Origin: a virus
Lineage: Duplodnaviria; Caudoviricetes
Reading direction: 5' to 3' (one strand)
Length of the DNA: 53,852 nucleotides
IMG/VR virus record: IMGVR_UViG_3300001679_000055
Coordinates: 1 to 53,852 of that record
In this document: piece by piece, positions 25,078 through 34,512 of the stretch
How positions within the stretch are numbered: the first letter of the stretch is position 1
Layout: every line of letters starts with the position of its first letter
Notes under the pieces: model-generated
The model's database searches: none
Told to the model about the DNA's origin: nothing
Seen by the model: the letters and a program-made list of their open reading frames with translations, nothing else
Made by a program: the position numbers and the translations under genes

Positions 25078-27579
25078 ATGCGTAATATCCAGTTTGGGGA
25101 CGGAGATGTAACTACGCTTATCTTAATTAAGGATGACGCTGTTATTACAACAGAATTAACCAAATATTATGTAAACCCTTTATTGGACAGGGGCTTGATT
25201 AAAGGCGAGATAGCCGCATTAGGTCTACTATATGAAAATAATAAGATTAAAGCTGATTTAGGTAAAAACTATCTACGGATGTTATTACCTAAGCTAGCTA
25301 AACTAGCTAAATTAAAGAGGATTATCGTTGCTGACACTAATTACTTTAAGTGGTTAACTAAGCAAACAAAAGTAACAAATTGTTATGGCGAAACTTTTAA
25401 AGGTCAACTAGAAGGTTTTACAGAGTATGACATTGTTATAGTTCCCAATCATAAATCTTTGTTTTATAATCCGGCTAACCATGAGTTAATCGATGAAGGC
25501 ATCACAGCTATTACTGGATTTAAAAAACCAGGAATTATACATAGTGCTGAATACCTACATACACCTGAAGAAGCTTCTAAGTTCTTTATGAAGTTGTTCA
25601 AGTACCCAGCTCTTACAGTGGATATTGAAACAACAGGATTAAACTTGGGAATAGAAATATTATCTATAGCATTTGCTTGGAATAAACATAATGGTGGTGT
25701 GTTTTACTTACGTGACACTGGGACAGAATACCTAAAAGGCTTTTTTGAGTCTTATGAGGGTGATTTAATCTTTCATAACGCGCTATTTGACTGTAAACAC
25801 TTAATCTACAACCTATTTATGCGCCAAGAAGATGACTTCGAAGGTATGCATAAAGGTTGTACTGTCTTCGCTAACGTAGAAGATAGTTTAATTTATACGT
25901 ATCTGGCTAAAAATAGTACAGCAGAAGTAAAATTAGATTTGAAATCTAATTCATTAGAATTCGCAGGTAATTATGGTTTAGATATAAGAAATGCAGATGC
26001 ATTGCCTGTTAAAGATCTTCTAGAATACAATTTAAAGGACTGCTTAGCCACTTGGTTTGTTTATGATAAATATAAAGCTATCGTAACTGATCAGAAGCTA
26101 TTACAGCCCTACAATACGATATTTCAGCCGTCTATTAAGGTTATGCTTAAGATGATGCTCACAGGGCTTCCTTTGGATGCTAAGCGGGTAGATGAAGTAT
26201 CAATTGAATTATCAATTAAGTATGATGAGCACTTTAAAACATTGCGTAAATACTCTGAAATTAACAAATTTAATGAGGAATTACGTATTCGTAAGATGCT
26301 CGAGGCTAATGCTCAATTAAAAAAGAAAGTTAGGCCTGTAAGTGACTTTACTCACGAAGAATTTAATCCTAAGTCTAACAATCACATACGTCATTTGATG
26401 TATGAGCAGTTAGGCTATGAACCTATTGATTACACAGACACTAATCAAGCAGCTACTGGTGCTAAAACATTGAAGAAACTTCTTAATGTAAGCACCCACC
26501 AAAATCATACTGAGATATTAGAACATCTTATAGGTATTGGACAAACTAGTAAGATACTAGGTACCTTTATTAAAGCTTTTAAAAAGCACAATATTAGAGG
26601 TAATCTACACGGTAGTTTAAAGCTAGGTGGTACACAATCAGGACGTCTAAGTTCTAGCGATCCTAATCTACAAAACTTACCTAGTGGAAGTCTATATGGA
26701 AAAGCAATTAAGTCTTGTTTTAAGGCACCTAAAGGGTGGCTATGGGCAGGTGCTGACTTTGCATCTCTAGAAGATAGGGTTAATGCAATCCTAACTAAAG
26801 ACCCTAACAAAATTAAAGTCTACACAGACGGATATGATGGACATTGTTTGAGAACTTTTGCATACTTCAAAGATCAGATGCCTGATATTGAAGATACTGT
26901 TGAAAGTATTAATTCAATAGACACTAAATACCCTAAGCTAAGACAAAAATCTAAAGGACCTACTTTTGCGTTAACGTATAACGGTACATGGAATACTTTA
27001 GTAGCGAATAGTGGATTTACTCCAAAAGAAGCTAAACAAATTGAATCTAATTATCATAAACTTTATACAGTATCTGATAAGTTTAGTAACAAGAATGTAA
27101 AATTCGCTAGTAAAAACGGTTACATGAAACTGGCGTTCGGAATGGTAATAAAGTGCCCAATGTTGTCTATAGTCGTCAATAGAGACCCATCAGGGAGAAA
27201 CACACCCTATGCAGCTATAGCAGAAGCTAGAAGTGCAAACAATGCTGTGACACAGTCCTGGGGTATGTTAATTAATAGAGCTCTAATTGCAACAAATGAT
27301 GCTATAGAGTCTTCAAATTTCCTATATGATATACGTCCTATCAATACAATTCATGATGCTGCTTATTTTCTAGTTAGAGATACACCTGAAGCTATTCAGT
27401 TTCTAAATGACACTTTAATTAAAGAGATGCAATGGAATGCTCATCCGAGCATTCAATCGAAAAATGTTTTTATGGAGGCTGACCTAGAAATAGGTAAGTC
27501 TTGGGATAAACAAACTAGTCTACCTAATGGAGCTAGTTTAGAACAAATTAAAGAAACACTAAACACCCTGGGAGGGTAA
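25078..27579 (+). CDS. Family A DNA polymerase (N4 gp39-like)
   Basis: Exonuclease DIETTG, HNALFD, YNLKD; SGRLSSSDPNLQNLP; motif A ADFASLE; motif B RQKSKGPTFALTY; motif C IHDA. Confidence 0.95.
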   Translation: MRNIQFGDGDVTTLILIKDDAVITTELTKYYVNPLLDRGLIKGEIAALGLLYENNKIKADLGKNYLRMLLPKLAKLAKLKRIIVADTNYFKWLTKQTKVTNCYGETFKGQLEGFTEYDIVIVPNHKSLFYNPANHELIDEGITAITGFKKPGIIHSAEYLHTPEEASKFFMKLFKYPALTVDIETTGLNLGIEILSIAFAWNKHNGGVFYLRDTGTEYLKGFFESYEGDLIFHNALFDCKHLIYNLFMRQEDDFEGMHKGCTVFANVEDSLIYTYLAKNSTAEVKLDLKSNSLEFAGNYGLDIRNADALPVKDLLEYNLKDCLATWFVYDKYKAIVTDQKLLQPYNTIFQPSIKVMLKMMLTGLPLDAKRVDEVSIELSIKYDEHFKTLRKYSEINKFNEELRIRKMLEANAQLKKKVRPVSDFTHEEFNPKSNNHIRHLMYEQLGYEPIDYTDTNQAATGAKTLKKLLNVSTHQNHTEILEHLIGIGQTSKILGTFIKAFKKHNIRGNLHGSLKLGGTQSGRLSSSDPNLQNLPSGSLYGKAIKSCFKAPKGWLWAGADFASLEDRVNAILTKDPNKIKVYTDGYDGHCLRTFAYFKDQMPDIEDTVESINSIDTKYPKLRQKSKGPTFALTYNGTWNTLVANSGFTPKEAKQIESNYHKLYTVSDKFSNKNVKFASKNGYMKLAFGMVIKCPMLSIVVNRDPSGRNTPYAAIAEARSANNAVTQSWGMLINRALIATNDAIESSNFLYDIRPINTIHDAAYFLVRDTPEAIQFLNDTLIKEMQWNAHPSIQSKNVFMEADLEIGKSWDKQTSLPNGASLEQIKETLNTLGG

Positions 27580-27581
27580 AC

Positions 27582-27788
27582 ATGAACATTGAATACAAAA
27601 AATTACACACATTATCTTTACACGCTTCAATAACTGTAAGTGAACGTTTAACCGTTACACGCGTACCTGGAGGCCTTATTTACTATTTTAAAGATCTTGA
27701 TTTTACAACTGAAGGATTTAATGTAGCAAATAGTGTATTCGTCCCTTTTACTGATTTTGAAAGTAATGGTAAAGGTGTATTCGGATAA
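27582..27788 (+). CDS. Hypothetical protein
   Basis: TRVPGGLIY...SVFVP; GGAGG RBS. Confidence 0.65.
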   Translation: MNIEYKKLHTLSLHASITVSERLTVTRVPGGLIYYFKDLDFTTEGFNVANSVFVPFTDFESNGKGVFG

Positions 27789-28771
27789 TGGCTTTTACAT
27801 ACACAAACAACAGTAATGTCAGTCTTCCATTAGCCGTATGGTTAATGCATGATGACTATGACTACGATAGTAGACCTAATGTAATTAGCGCTACATCATT
27901 ATTAAAACCCACTAGAGCATTAGTCCTCAAACGTCAGAACGCAGGGTTAGATAAGTCAGTAGATATCACAGATTTAGTTAGCGCTCGTATGGGATCAGCT
28001 ATTCATGCTATTGCTGAAGAAGCATGGTTAAATAAAGATAATATTAAGAAAGCCTTATCAGCTATGGGAACGTCGAACTTATTTGATAAGTTTGTTATTA
28101 ACTCTGACACACCAGTAAGTGGAGACCAAATTCCTGTATACATAGAACAACGCCATGAAACTGCCGTAGACGATTACATCATCTCAGGTAAATATGACCT
28201 TGTACTAGATGGCACTATCTCAGATTATAAGAGTACGTCTGTATGGACATATATCTATGATTCTAATGCTCTTAAGTACACCCAACAGGGCAGTATATAC
28301 AAGTGGTTAGCTCCAGATAGAATTACCGATAACAAGATCAGTATTCAATTTATTTTTACAGATTGGTCAGGTGCTAATGCTAAAAGAGACTCTAAATACC
28401 CTCAATCACGCGTTCTAACTAAAGATTACCCATTATGGTCTGTTGAACAAACGGATAAGTTTATTAAAGATAAGCTTAAGTTAATTTCTGAGTTGAAATC
28501 GCTGCCACAGGATGCACTTCCTGAATGCACTTCCGAAGAGTTATGGGAATCTCAAACTAAGTATAAATATTTTAAGAATCCTACCAAAATGACGAGAGCA
28601 ACTAAAAACTTTGACACTATGGACGAAGCAAGCGCTAGATTATCAGCTGATGGAAATATTGGTGTAATTCAAACTGTGCGTGGAGAAGTTAAAGCATGCC
28701 GCTACTGTGAAGTAGTAGACATTTGTACACAAGCAAAAAATTTACAAGCACAAGGGAGACTAGTATTATGA
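27788..28771 (+). CDS. PD-(D/E)xK nuclease (N4 gp42-like)
   Basis: ISATSLLKP, RMGSAIH, EQR, ISGKYD, DYKSTS, Q.SIY.W, C-terminal CRYC....C. Confidence 0.85.
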   Translation: MAFTYTNNSNVSLPLAVWLMHDDYDYDSRPNVISATSLLKPTRALVLKRQNAGLDKSVDITDLVSARMGSAIHAIAEEAWLNKDNIKKALSAMGTSNLFDKFVINSDTPVSGDQIPVYIEQRHETAVDDYIISGKYDLVLDGTISDYKSTSVWTYIYDSNALKYTQQGSIYKWLAPDRITDNKISIQFIFTDWSGANAKRDSKYPQSRVLTKDYPLWSVEQTDKFIKDKLKLISELKSLPQDALPECTSEELWESQTKYKYFKNPTKMTRATKNFDTMDEASARLSADGNIGVIQTVRGEVKACRYCEVVDICTQAKNLQAQGRLVL

Positions 28772-29145
28772 ATTTAGACGCTAAATTACTAAAACATCTA
28801 GCTATATTTTGTGAAAATGTTGCATTAGATATTGATGCACATCTAAATACTCCTAAAAGCACAGTTATCATACCTTCAGATAAACTAGGTACCACTATAG
28901 CCACACTAAAAAGTATGACTAAAGAAAAACCTAAAATTAAAACTAAACGTAAGAGACGAGATACAACTCGACTCACAGTCAAGCAATGTGCTCTAGTTAA
29001 ACAAATGCGTAAAGCTAATCCTCATTTATTTGATGATCAATTCGGTGAAAGGATGAATCAAGAATTCGGTCTTAGTAAATCAACAACTACCTGGCGTAAT
29101 GTTGTATCAAGAAATACTGAATATTTTAAATCACTAGACTACTAA
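28768..29145 (+). CDS. Hypothetical basic protein, possibly DNA-binding
   Basis: GGGAG RBS and ATGA overlap; C-terminal RLTVKQ...MNQEFGLSKSTTTWRNV is HTH-like. Confidence 0.6.
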   Translation: MNLDAKLLKHLAIFCENVALDIDAHLNTPKSTVIIPSDKLGTTIATLKSMTKEKPKIKTKRKRRDTTRLTVKQCALVKQMRKANPHLFDDQFGERMNQEFGLSKSTTTWRNVVSRNTEYFKSLDY

Positions 29146-29148
29146 ATT

Positions 29149-31299
29149 ATGGACGATCCTAAATATAATAAATTATCTGAAGAGATAGTCGATATTCTTG
29201 TCGCTAAAACTCAGTCGCAGAATAGACACTTCTTCCGAATTTTAGTAGCATACTATCTTTCAAAAGTAGCATCTATGATGCGTTGTAACATTGAAACTAA
29301 AGATAGAGGTGTCATCCCAGTTAATACCTATGTATTAAACTTAATGCCCTCTGGAGCTGGTAAGGGTTTTTCAACTAACATTATTGAAGAAGATATTATT
29401 GAGGGTTTCAGATTAAACTTTTTGACACATATCTTGCCTGAAGAAAGTGCTAATGAGTTATCTATATTAGCTAATTTAAGAGCTGCTAGAGATCCTGAAT
29501 TGTCACAAGAAGAGGCTATGACAGATGTGCAAAAAGAATATGACGCACTCGGCAATCTAGCATTCAGTTTTGATAGTGGAACATCCCCAGCTGTAAAGCA
29601 GATGAGACAAAAATTGCTTATGTCTAATTGTGGATCTATGAATCTAGAATTGGATGAGGTAGGGTCTAACCTAACTAACAATGCTGAAATGCTAAATACC
29701 TTTTTAGAACTTTATGATGTAGGTAAAGTTAAACAGAAATTAACAAAGAATACTGCTGATAATAAGCGTGGGGAAGAGCTTACAGGTAGAACTCCTACCA
29801 ACATGATGTTATTTGGTACTCCTACTAAATTACTTGATGGTAGTCGAGTAGAAGACGAATTCAAACAAATGCTGGAAACGGGCTATGCTCGTAGAATGTT
29901 ATTTGGCTATGACACCACAGTCAATAATGTACACCAGCAAACAGCTGAAGAGTTGTATGATGCCTTAACTAATACCAATGTATCTAAAGATACTTTACGT
30001 ATTGAAAGTCTCATAACTAATCTTGCAGACAGGGCTAAGTTTAATACTGTGCTTACTATGAGTAAGGTAGATACCATACACTTACTGCAATATAAAATAA
30101 CCTGCGAAAGTTTATCCAGAGATCTTAAACCTCATGAAGAAACCCAGAAGGCTGAACTCGCACACAGATACTATAAAGCTTTAAAGTTAGCAGGAGCTTA
30201 TGCTTTTGCTGAAGGATCCTCTGTAATTGCTAAGGAACATCTAGACAGTGCTATACAACTAGTCGAAGACTCAGGTGAGCATTTCAAACGCATTATGTGT
30301 AAAGAAGGGCCTTATGCTAGATTAGCTAGATACATTGCTGATGTGGGGCGTGAGATTACTCAAGTTGATCTTGTAGAGGAACTGCCATTTTATAAAGGGC
30401 AGGAATCCCAAAAGAAAGAAATGTTGAAACTGGCAATTGCGTATGGGTATAAGAATAATATTATTATTCGTAAAACCTACGTGGATGACATTGAGTTCTT
30501 ATCAGGAGAAGCTCTACAAGAGACTGACCTAGATAACGTACATGTTAGTTATAGTACTGATATCACTACAGGTTACGTTGAGGGTGTTGGTGCGTTTAGC
30601 GCATTAAATAACCTAGTATGTACTACAGGACACCATTACACAGCTCACAACTTCTTAGATGGTTACAGATCATCAGAGAAAGCTATTCCAGGCTTTGACC
30701 TACTAATCTTAGACATTGATAGCGGTACAAGCGTTAATACAGCTATGGAGCTGTTAAGCGACTTCACAGCGATGTACGCAACTACAAAACGACACACTGA
30801 AGATAAGCACCGATTTAGAGTTATATTGCCTATGTCTCACTACATTAAGTTAAGTCCTAAGGACTATTCAAAATTTATGGAGAATGTGTTTAATTGGTTA
30901 CCTTTCGAAACTGACACAGCTACTAAAGATATTGCACGTAAGTGGATGTCCCATAATGGAGAATGTCACTTCAACACAGGTGAATTAATTGATGCTACGT
31001 TATTTATACCTCAGACTAAAAAAGCTATGGAGCAGGAAAAGATCCTGTTAGATGCTAAAGGTATGGATAATATGGAAAGGTGGTTTGCTTCACGTATTGA
31101 AGTAGGCAACAGAGCCACTATGGTTATCCGTTATGGTTTTATGTTGGTAGATAATGAACTACCTCTAGACTTTATTATGTCTAAGCTTCATGGCTTTAAT
31201 GATAAGTTACCTGATCCATTGACCAGGGAAGAACTAGACACAAAGATACAAATCTCAATATCGAGAAAGATGATTCAAAAGGAGAGTATGCATGAATAA
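29149..31299 (+). CDS. DNA primase with N-terminal P-loop domain (N4 gp43-like)
   Basis: PSGAGKG, ELDEVGSNL, LFGTP, GYARR; primase LILDID, TKRH, RFRVILP; GNR. Confidence 0.88.
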   Translation: MDDPKYNKLSEEIVDILVAKTQSQNRHFFRILVAYYLSKVASMMRCNIETKDRGVIPVNTYVLNLMPSGAGKGFSTNIIEEDIIEGFRLNFLTHILPEESANELSILANLRAARDPELSQEEAMTDVQKEYDALGNLAFSFDSGTSPAVKQMRQKLLMSNCGSMNLELDEVGSNLTNNAEMLNTFLELYDVGKVKQKLTKNTADNKRGEELTGRTPTNMMLFGTPTKLLDGSRVEDEFKQMLETGYARRMLFGYDTTVNNVHQQTAEELYDALTNTNVSKDTLRIESLITNLADRAKFNTVLTMSKVDTIHLLQYKITCESLSRDLKPHEETQKAELAHRYYKALKLAGAYAFAEGSSVIAKEHLDSAIQLVEDSGEHFKRIMCKEGPYARLARYIADVGREITQVDLVEELPFYKGQESQKKEMLKLAIAYGYKNNIIIRKTYVDDIEFLSGEALQETDLDNVHVSYSTDITTGYVEGVGAFSALNNLVCTTGHHYTAHNFLDGYRSSEKAIPGFDLLILDIDSGTSVNTAMELLSDFTAMYATTKRHTEDKHRFRVILPMSHYIKLSPKDYSKFMENVFNWLPFETDTATKDIARKWMSHNGECHFNTGELIDATLFIPQTKKAMEQEKILLDAKGMDNMERWFASRIEVGNRATMVIRYGFMLVDNELPLDFIMSKLHGFNDKLPDPLTREELDTKIQISISRKMIQKESMHE

Positions 31300-32011
31300 C
31301 AACCTAGTATTGTTATGCGGTAAATCCGCAACAGGAAAATCAGCCAGTTTGGTTGATATCAAAAACCCAAAAGGGGTAATGTACTTAAATTGTGAAAACA
31401 ATAAGAAGTTACCTTTCAACTCTAAATTTCAAGAATATACAATTACGGATCCTACAGATGTGCCTGATGCTATTGACTCAGTACAAGATAATGGTGACAT
31501 TCACACTATCGTCATCGATAGTTTGACATACCTAATGGATATGTTTGAAAGTACCAAAGTGCTAACTTCATCTAATACGATGAAAGCCTGGGGTAGCTAT
31601 GCCCAGTTCTTAAAGAATCTGATGGCACAAAATGTAGCCAACTCTAACAAGAACATCATTTTCATTGCACATACATCAGATGTATTTAATGAATCTGAAA
31701 TGGTAAATGAAACTATGGTTAAAGTTAAAGGTTCTTTAATGAACACAGGTATTGAGAGCTTTTTTAGTACGGTGATCGCATGTAAGAAATTACCTTTAAA
31801 AAGTATTGAAGATTCTAAATCTAAAATGCTCAAGGTTAACGATGAAGAGGAGTTACTTGGATTTAAATACGTGTATCAGACACGTCTAACAAAAGACACT
31901 GTAAATGAGCGTATTAGAAGTCCTATGCGTATGTGGGGTATTGAAGAAACCTATGTTGATAATAACTTACAGCATGTGCTAGATAAATTACACACTTACT
32001 ACGATGCCTAG
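31292..32011 (+). CDS. Sak4-like AAA ATPase (N4 gp44-like)
   Basis: GKSATGKS, YLNCE, IVIDS, IAH, VKGSL, RIRSP. Confidence 0.85.
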   Translation: MNNNLVLLCGKSATGKSASLVDIKNPKGVMYLNCENNKKLPFNSKFQEYTITDPTDVPDAIDSVQDNGDIHTIVIDSLTYLMDMFESTKVLTSSNTMKAWGSYAQFLKNLMAQNVANSNKNIIFIAHTSDVFNESEMVNETMVKVKGSLMNTGIESFFSTVIACKKLPLKSIEDSKSKMLKVNDEEELLGFKYVYQTRLTKDTVNERIRSPMRMWGIEETYVDNNLQHVLDKLHTYYDA

Positions 32012-32204
32012 AGCATTAAACAAAAAACAGAAGCAAATACTTAATAGGTATAACTACTGTACTCACGAAAGTGATCTCCCTAAAGACGTTTTAGGTCAAA
32101 TAATTGACTTAAACAACTATGATGAGGTGTACATGGATGTAACAAGGTATTTATATGATACTTACGTACAACTGAATGGTACACCTCTCAAAAAACACTC
32201 GTGA
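32004..32204 (+). CDS. Hypothetical protein
   Basis: 66-aa ORF overlapping the upstream stop. Confidence 0.55.
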   Translation: MPRALNKKQKQILNRYNYCTHESDLPKDVLGQIIDLNNYDEVYMDVTRYLYDTYVQLNGTPLKKHS

Positions 32205-32210
32205 AGGGGT

Positions 32211-32317
32211 GTAGGTGTTTATGTGTAAGCACATGGTTTAGCCTGTAATCTCTGGGAGGGTATTACGAAGTAAACTTAAGAGGCATGTCATAGGTATGGA
32301 CATTAACTTACCTACCA
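32211..32317 (+). ncRNA. Candidate structured (cloverleaf-like) ncRNA
   Basis: Closing stem GTAGGT/ACCTAC, three internal hairpins, 3' ACCA; intergenic. Confidence 0.4.
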
Positions 32318-32332
32318 AATTACGGAGAAAAA

Positions 32333-32494
32333 ATGAACGATACTAAACTAGTAACAATCAAAACTTTAGTTGAGATGTTGGATAAAAACACACCTGAACT
32401 AAATTGCACACTAATAGCTGTGGTAGATAAAGAAGGACGTCATATAGAGTCTCCAGACAGTATCGAAGCAGTAATACAATTTGAGAATAAATAA
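32333..32494 (+). CDS. Small hypothetical protein (53 aa)
   Basis: Not in track. GGAG RBS, MNDTKLVTIKTLVEMLDK...; TAATG overlap with the next gene. Confidence 0.6.
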   Translation: MNDTKLVTIKTLVEMLDKNTPELNCTLIAVVDKEGRHIESPDSIEAVIQFENK

Positions 32495-32790
32495 TGTTAA
32501 AACATATGTTAGAAAATGCCGCACAGACGTGGCGGAAAAAACAACTAATTAGAGCTGAGGTAGCTTCAGCTATAGGTGAATATAACCTTTCTGAAACAGC
32601 TGAAGACATTTACATATTTGCAGCAGCTAGTAAAGCAAATATTTCAAATATACGTCAGCACAGTTATTTTGCTAATAAGTCCCACTCAACCATTAAACGA
32701 GCAGTTATTGAGCTAAAAACTCATAACTTATTGAAATCCGTAGAAGATACAATAGACAGGCGTGTTCAGTGGTTAATCCCTACTGATTAG
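32494..32790 (+). CDS. MarR-like winged-HTH protein
   Basis: LSETAEDI...SHSTIKRAVIELKTHNLL....DTIDRRVQWL wing. Confidence 0.7.
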   Translation: MLKHMLENAAQTWRKKQLIRAEVASAIGEYNLSETAEDIYIFAAASKANISNIRQHSYFANKSHSTIKRAVIELKTHNLLKSVEDTIDRRVQWLIPTD

Positions 32791-32794
32791 TTTT

Positions 32795-33205
32795 ATGGGA
32801 AACAGGAAAATAAGAGACTACGTACTTTCAGATGGATCTATAACTAATGCTCCTAAGGTCGCAGCCAAAGCTAATTTACACATAACCACAGCAAGGTGTC
32901 GACTAGCCAGAACAGACGATCCTAAATTGATTTACGCTGCTAAAAGCGAGAACAATAAAAAAGGTAAGTTTAAATCCTACATTCTAGATGATGGTAGTGT
33001 TTGGACCATTCCTGAGATCGTAAAAAAAGCAGGCATAACTAAGCAATGTGCAGCGGCTAGATTACATGTGTCTAAGGACGCAGCAAAGGTATTACGCCCA
33101 AAAGTATTTGTGGAAGGTGAATCTTCTAAAATAGCCAGTAGGGCCATCACACGCCGTATGTACTTTGACCCAGATGGTTTTTGGAAGATATTTAACAGAA
33201 TTTAG
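32795..33205 (+). CDS. Tandem-repeat HTH-like protein
   Basis: Two repeats, YVLSDGSITNAPKVAAKANLHITTARCRL and YILDDGSVWTIPEIVKKAGITKQCAAARL. Confidence 0.65.
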   Translation: MGNRKIRDYVLSDGSITNAPKVAAKANLHITTARCRLARTDDPKLIYAAKSENNKKGKFKSYILDDGSVWTIPEIVKKAGITKQCAAARLHVSKDAAKVLRPKVFVEGESSKIASRAITRRMYFDPDGFWKIFNRI

Positions 33206-33339
33206 TAAGAATGAGGGCAACGGGGGAAGTCCCACTGATGAAGCAGCCTTAAACTAATTATCCAAATACTACGGTTTGGGTGTTAATGAAAGATAACTAC
33301 TGTGAAGATCCCAACTAATTATTTATAACAAAGGTAAAA

Positions 33340-33663
33340 ATGAAAAATAAGATTAAAGAGTTTTTTACGAGTGAACCTGACTATGACCTAAGATGGTTAT
33401 TTATTACTGTTGTGTTACTGGTACTAATTACCTTAAGCACTAAATCAAAAGCTTATGAACCATTCCCCGCTGATGTTATAACCATGGATGTCACTAAATC
33501 ATATGGTGGCGGTGGTACTTTTTTATGTCCTACTGTACGAGATTGTTTTGTATACACACGCTACGCAGAGCAACGCGGTGCTAATCAGTACTGTGAGTCA
33601 GTTGTTATTAAACGTAATGGTGTAGTCGTTTGGTCAAAATATTTTTACAAAAACAAATACTAA
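33340..33663 (+). CDS. Membrane-anchored or secreted protein
   Basis: Hydrophobic WLFITVVLLVLITL then SKA; three Cys. Confidence 0.65.
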   Translation: MKNKIKEFFTSEPDYDLRWLFITVVLLVLITLSTKSKAYEPFPADVITMDVTKSYGGGGTFLCPTVRDCFVYTRYAEQRGANQYCESVVIKRNGVVVWSKYFYKNKY

Positions 33664-33800
33664 TGAGCAATCTACTAGAACTTCCTGAGGATTATTGGGA
33701 TAGACAAGCTAGACAAAATAACTTATTAGAAAAGCTGCGTAAGCTTAAGCGGGAAGAAAATGAACAAAGGCAAATTCTGTTGGCCAGACGGTACAGGTAA
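33663..33800 (+). CDS. Small hypothetical protein (45 aa)
   Basis: Not in track. TAATG overlap; MSNLLELPEDYWDRQARQNNLLEKLRKLKREENEQRQILLARRYR. Confidence 0.4.
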   Translation: MSNLLELPEDYWDRQARQNNLLEKLRKLKREENEQRQILLARRYR

Positions 33801-33969
33801 ACAATATTGTATATCTGCAGAAGATATGTTTGATGAGGATGTAGGAATTATTCTTGCAGACGTTTGGGAAGAAGAGTATCCTATTCAAGATAGCTTAAAA
33901 ATTCTTGAGGAGATTACCAATAATGAAAGTAGTATTTCATGTAACACCTGTACCAGCAGCAAGACCTAG
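33760..33969 (+). CDS. Hypothetical protein
   Basis: 69-aa ORF overlapping both neighbours. Confidence 0.45.
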   Translation: MNKGKFCWPDGTGKQYCISAEDMFDEDVGIILADVWEEEYPIQDSLKILEEITNNESSISCNTCTSSKT

Positions 33970-34315
33970 AGTGACTAGATGGTCTACCTTCTACCCAAAG
34001 AAATATACAGAATTCAAAGCAGCTATGGAAATAGCTAAAAGTGATATACATTGTGTACCTTTAGAGAACAACGTATACGCTAAATTAGACTTCTTTGTTA
34101 AGATCCCTATGTCGTGGTCTAAAAAGAAAAAAGAGTCGAAACTGGGTAAATATTGTGATAATAATGCAGATATTGATAATTACTGTAAAGCCATAATGGA
34201 TTCCTTAAACGGGAAATATTATTTAGATGACAGGCAGGTAGTAATGTTACGTGCCCGTATGTTTTGGTCTAACACCCCAAGAATCCAATGTGAGTTTTTA
34301 CCAATACAAGAGTAG
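33923..34315 (+). CDS. rusA: RusA-family Holliday junction resolvase
   Basis: PVPAARPR, P.SWSKKKK, DIDNYCKAIMDSLNG..Y.DDRQV; GAGGAG RBS before ATG 33923. Confidence 0.88.
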   Translation: MKVVFHVTPVPAARPRVTRWSTFYPKKYTEFKAAMEIAKSDIHCVPLENNVYAKLDFFVKIPMSWSKKKKESKLGKYCDNNADIDNYCKAIMDSLNGKYYLDDRQVVMLRARMFWSNTPRIQCEFLPIQE

Positions 34316-34318
34316 ATT

Positions 34319-34510
34319 ATGAAAAACTTATCTAGAGAAGAATTATGCGAAGCACTAGCTGAAGACTATGCAGATAGAGCAGCAAAAGGTGGAAACGATT
34401 ACACTAAGTCATACGTACATTACTTAGAAAGGTGTTTATTACGCAAAACTACAGATTTACTACAACAATATAAAGTACAAGGATTACATAATTTAGGCTT
34501 TATATTTTAA
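34319..34510 (+). CDS. Hypothetical protein
   Basis: 63-aa ORF. Confidence 0.6.
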   Translation: MKNLSREELCEALAEDYADRAAKGGNDYTKSYVHYLERCLLRKTTDLLQQYKVQGLHNLGFIF

Positions 34511-34512
34511 AT

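Noticed and set aside
33225-33313. Hammerhead ribozyme suggested by CTGATGA with downstream GAAA and upstream GTC
   Set aside because: I could not form stems I and III with the required A-U pair and NUH geometry in any permutation. Kept only as a generic structured element.
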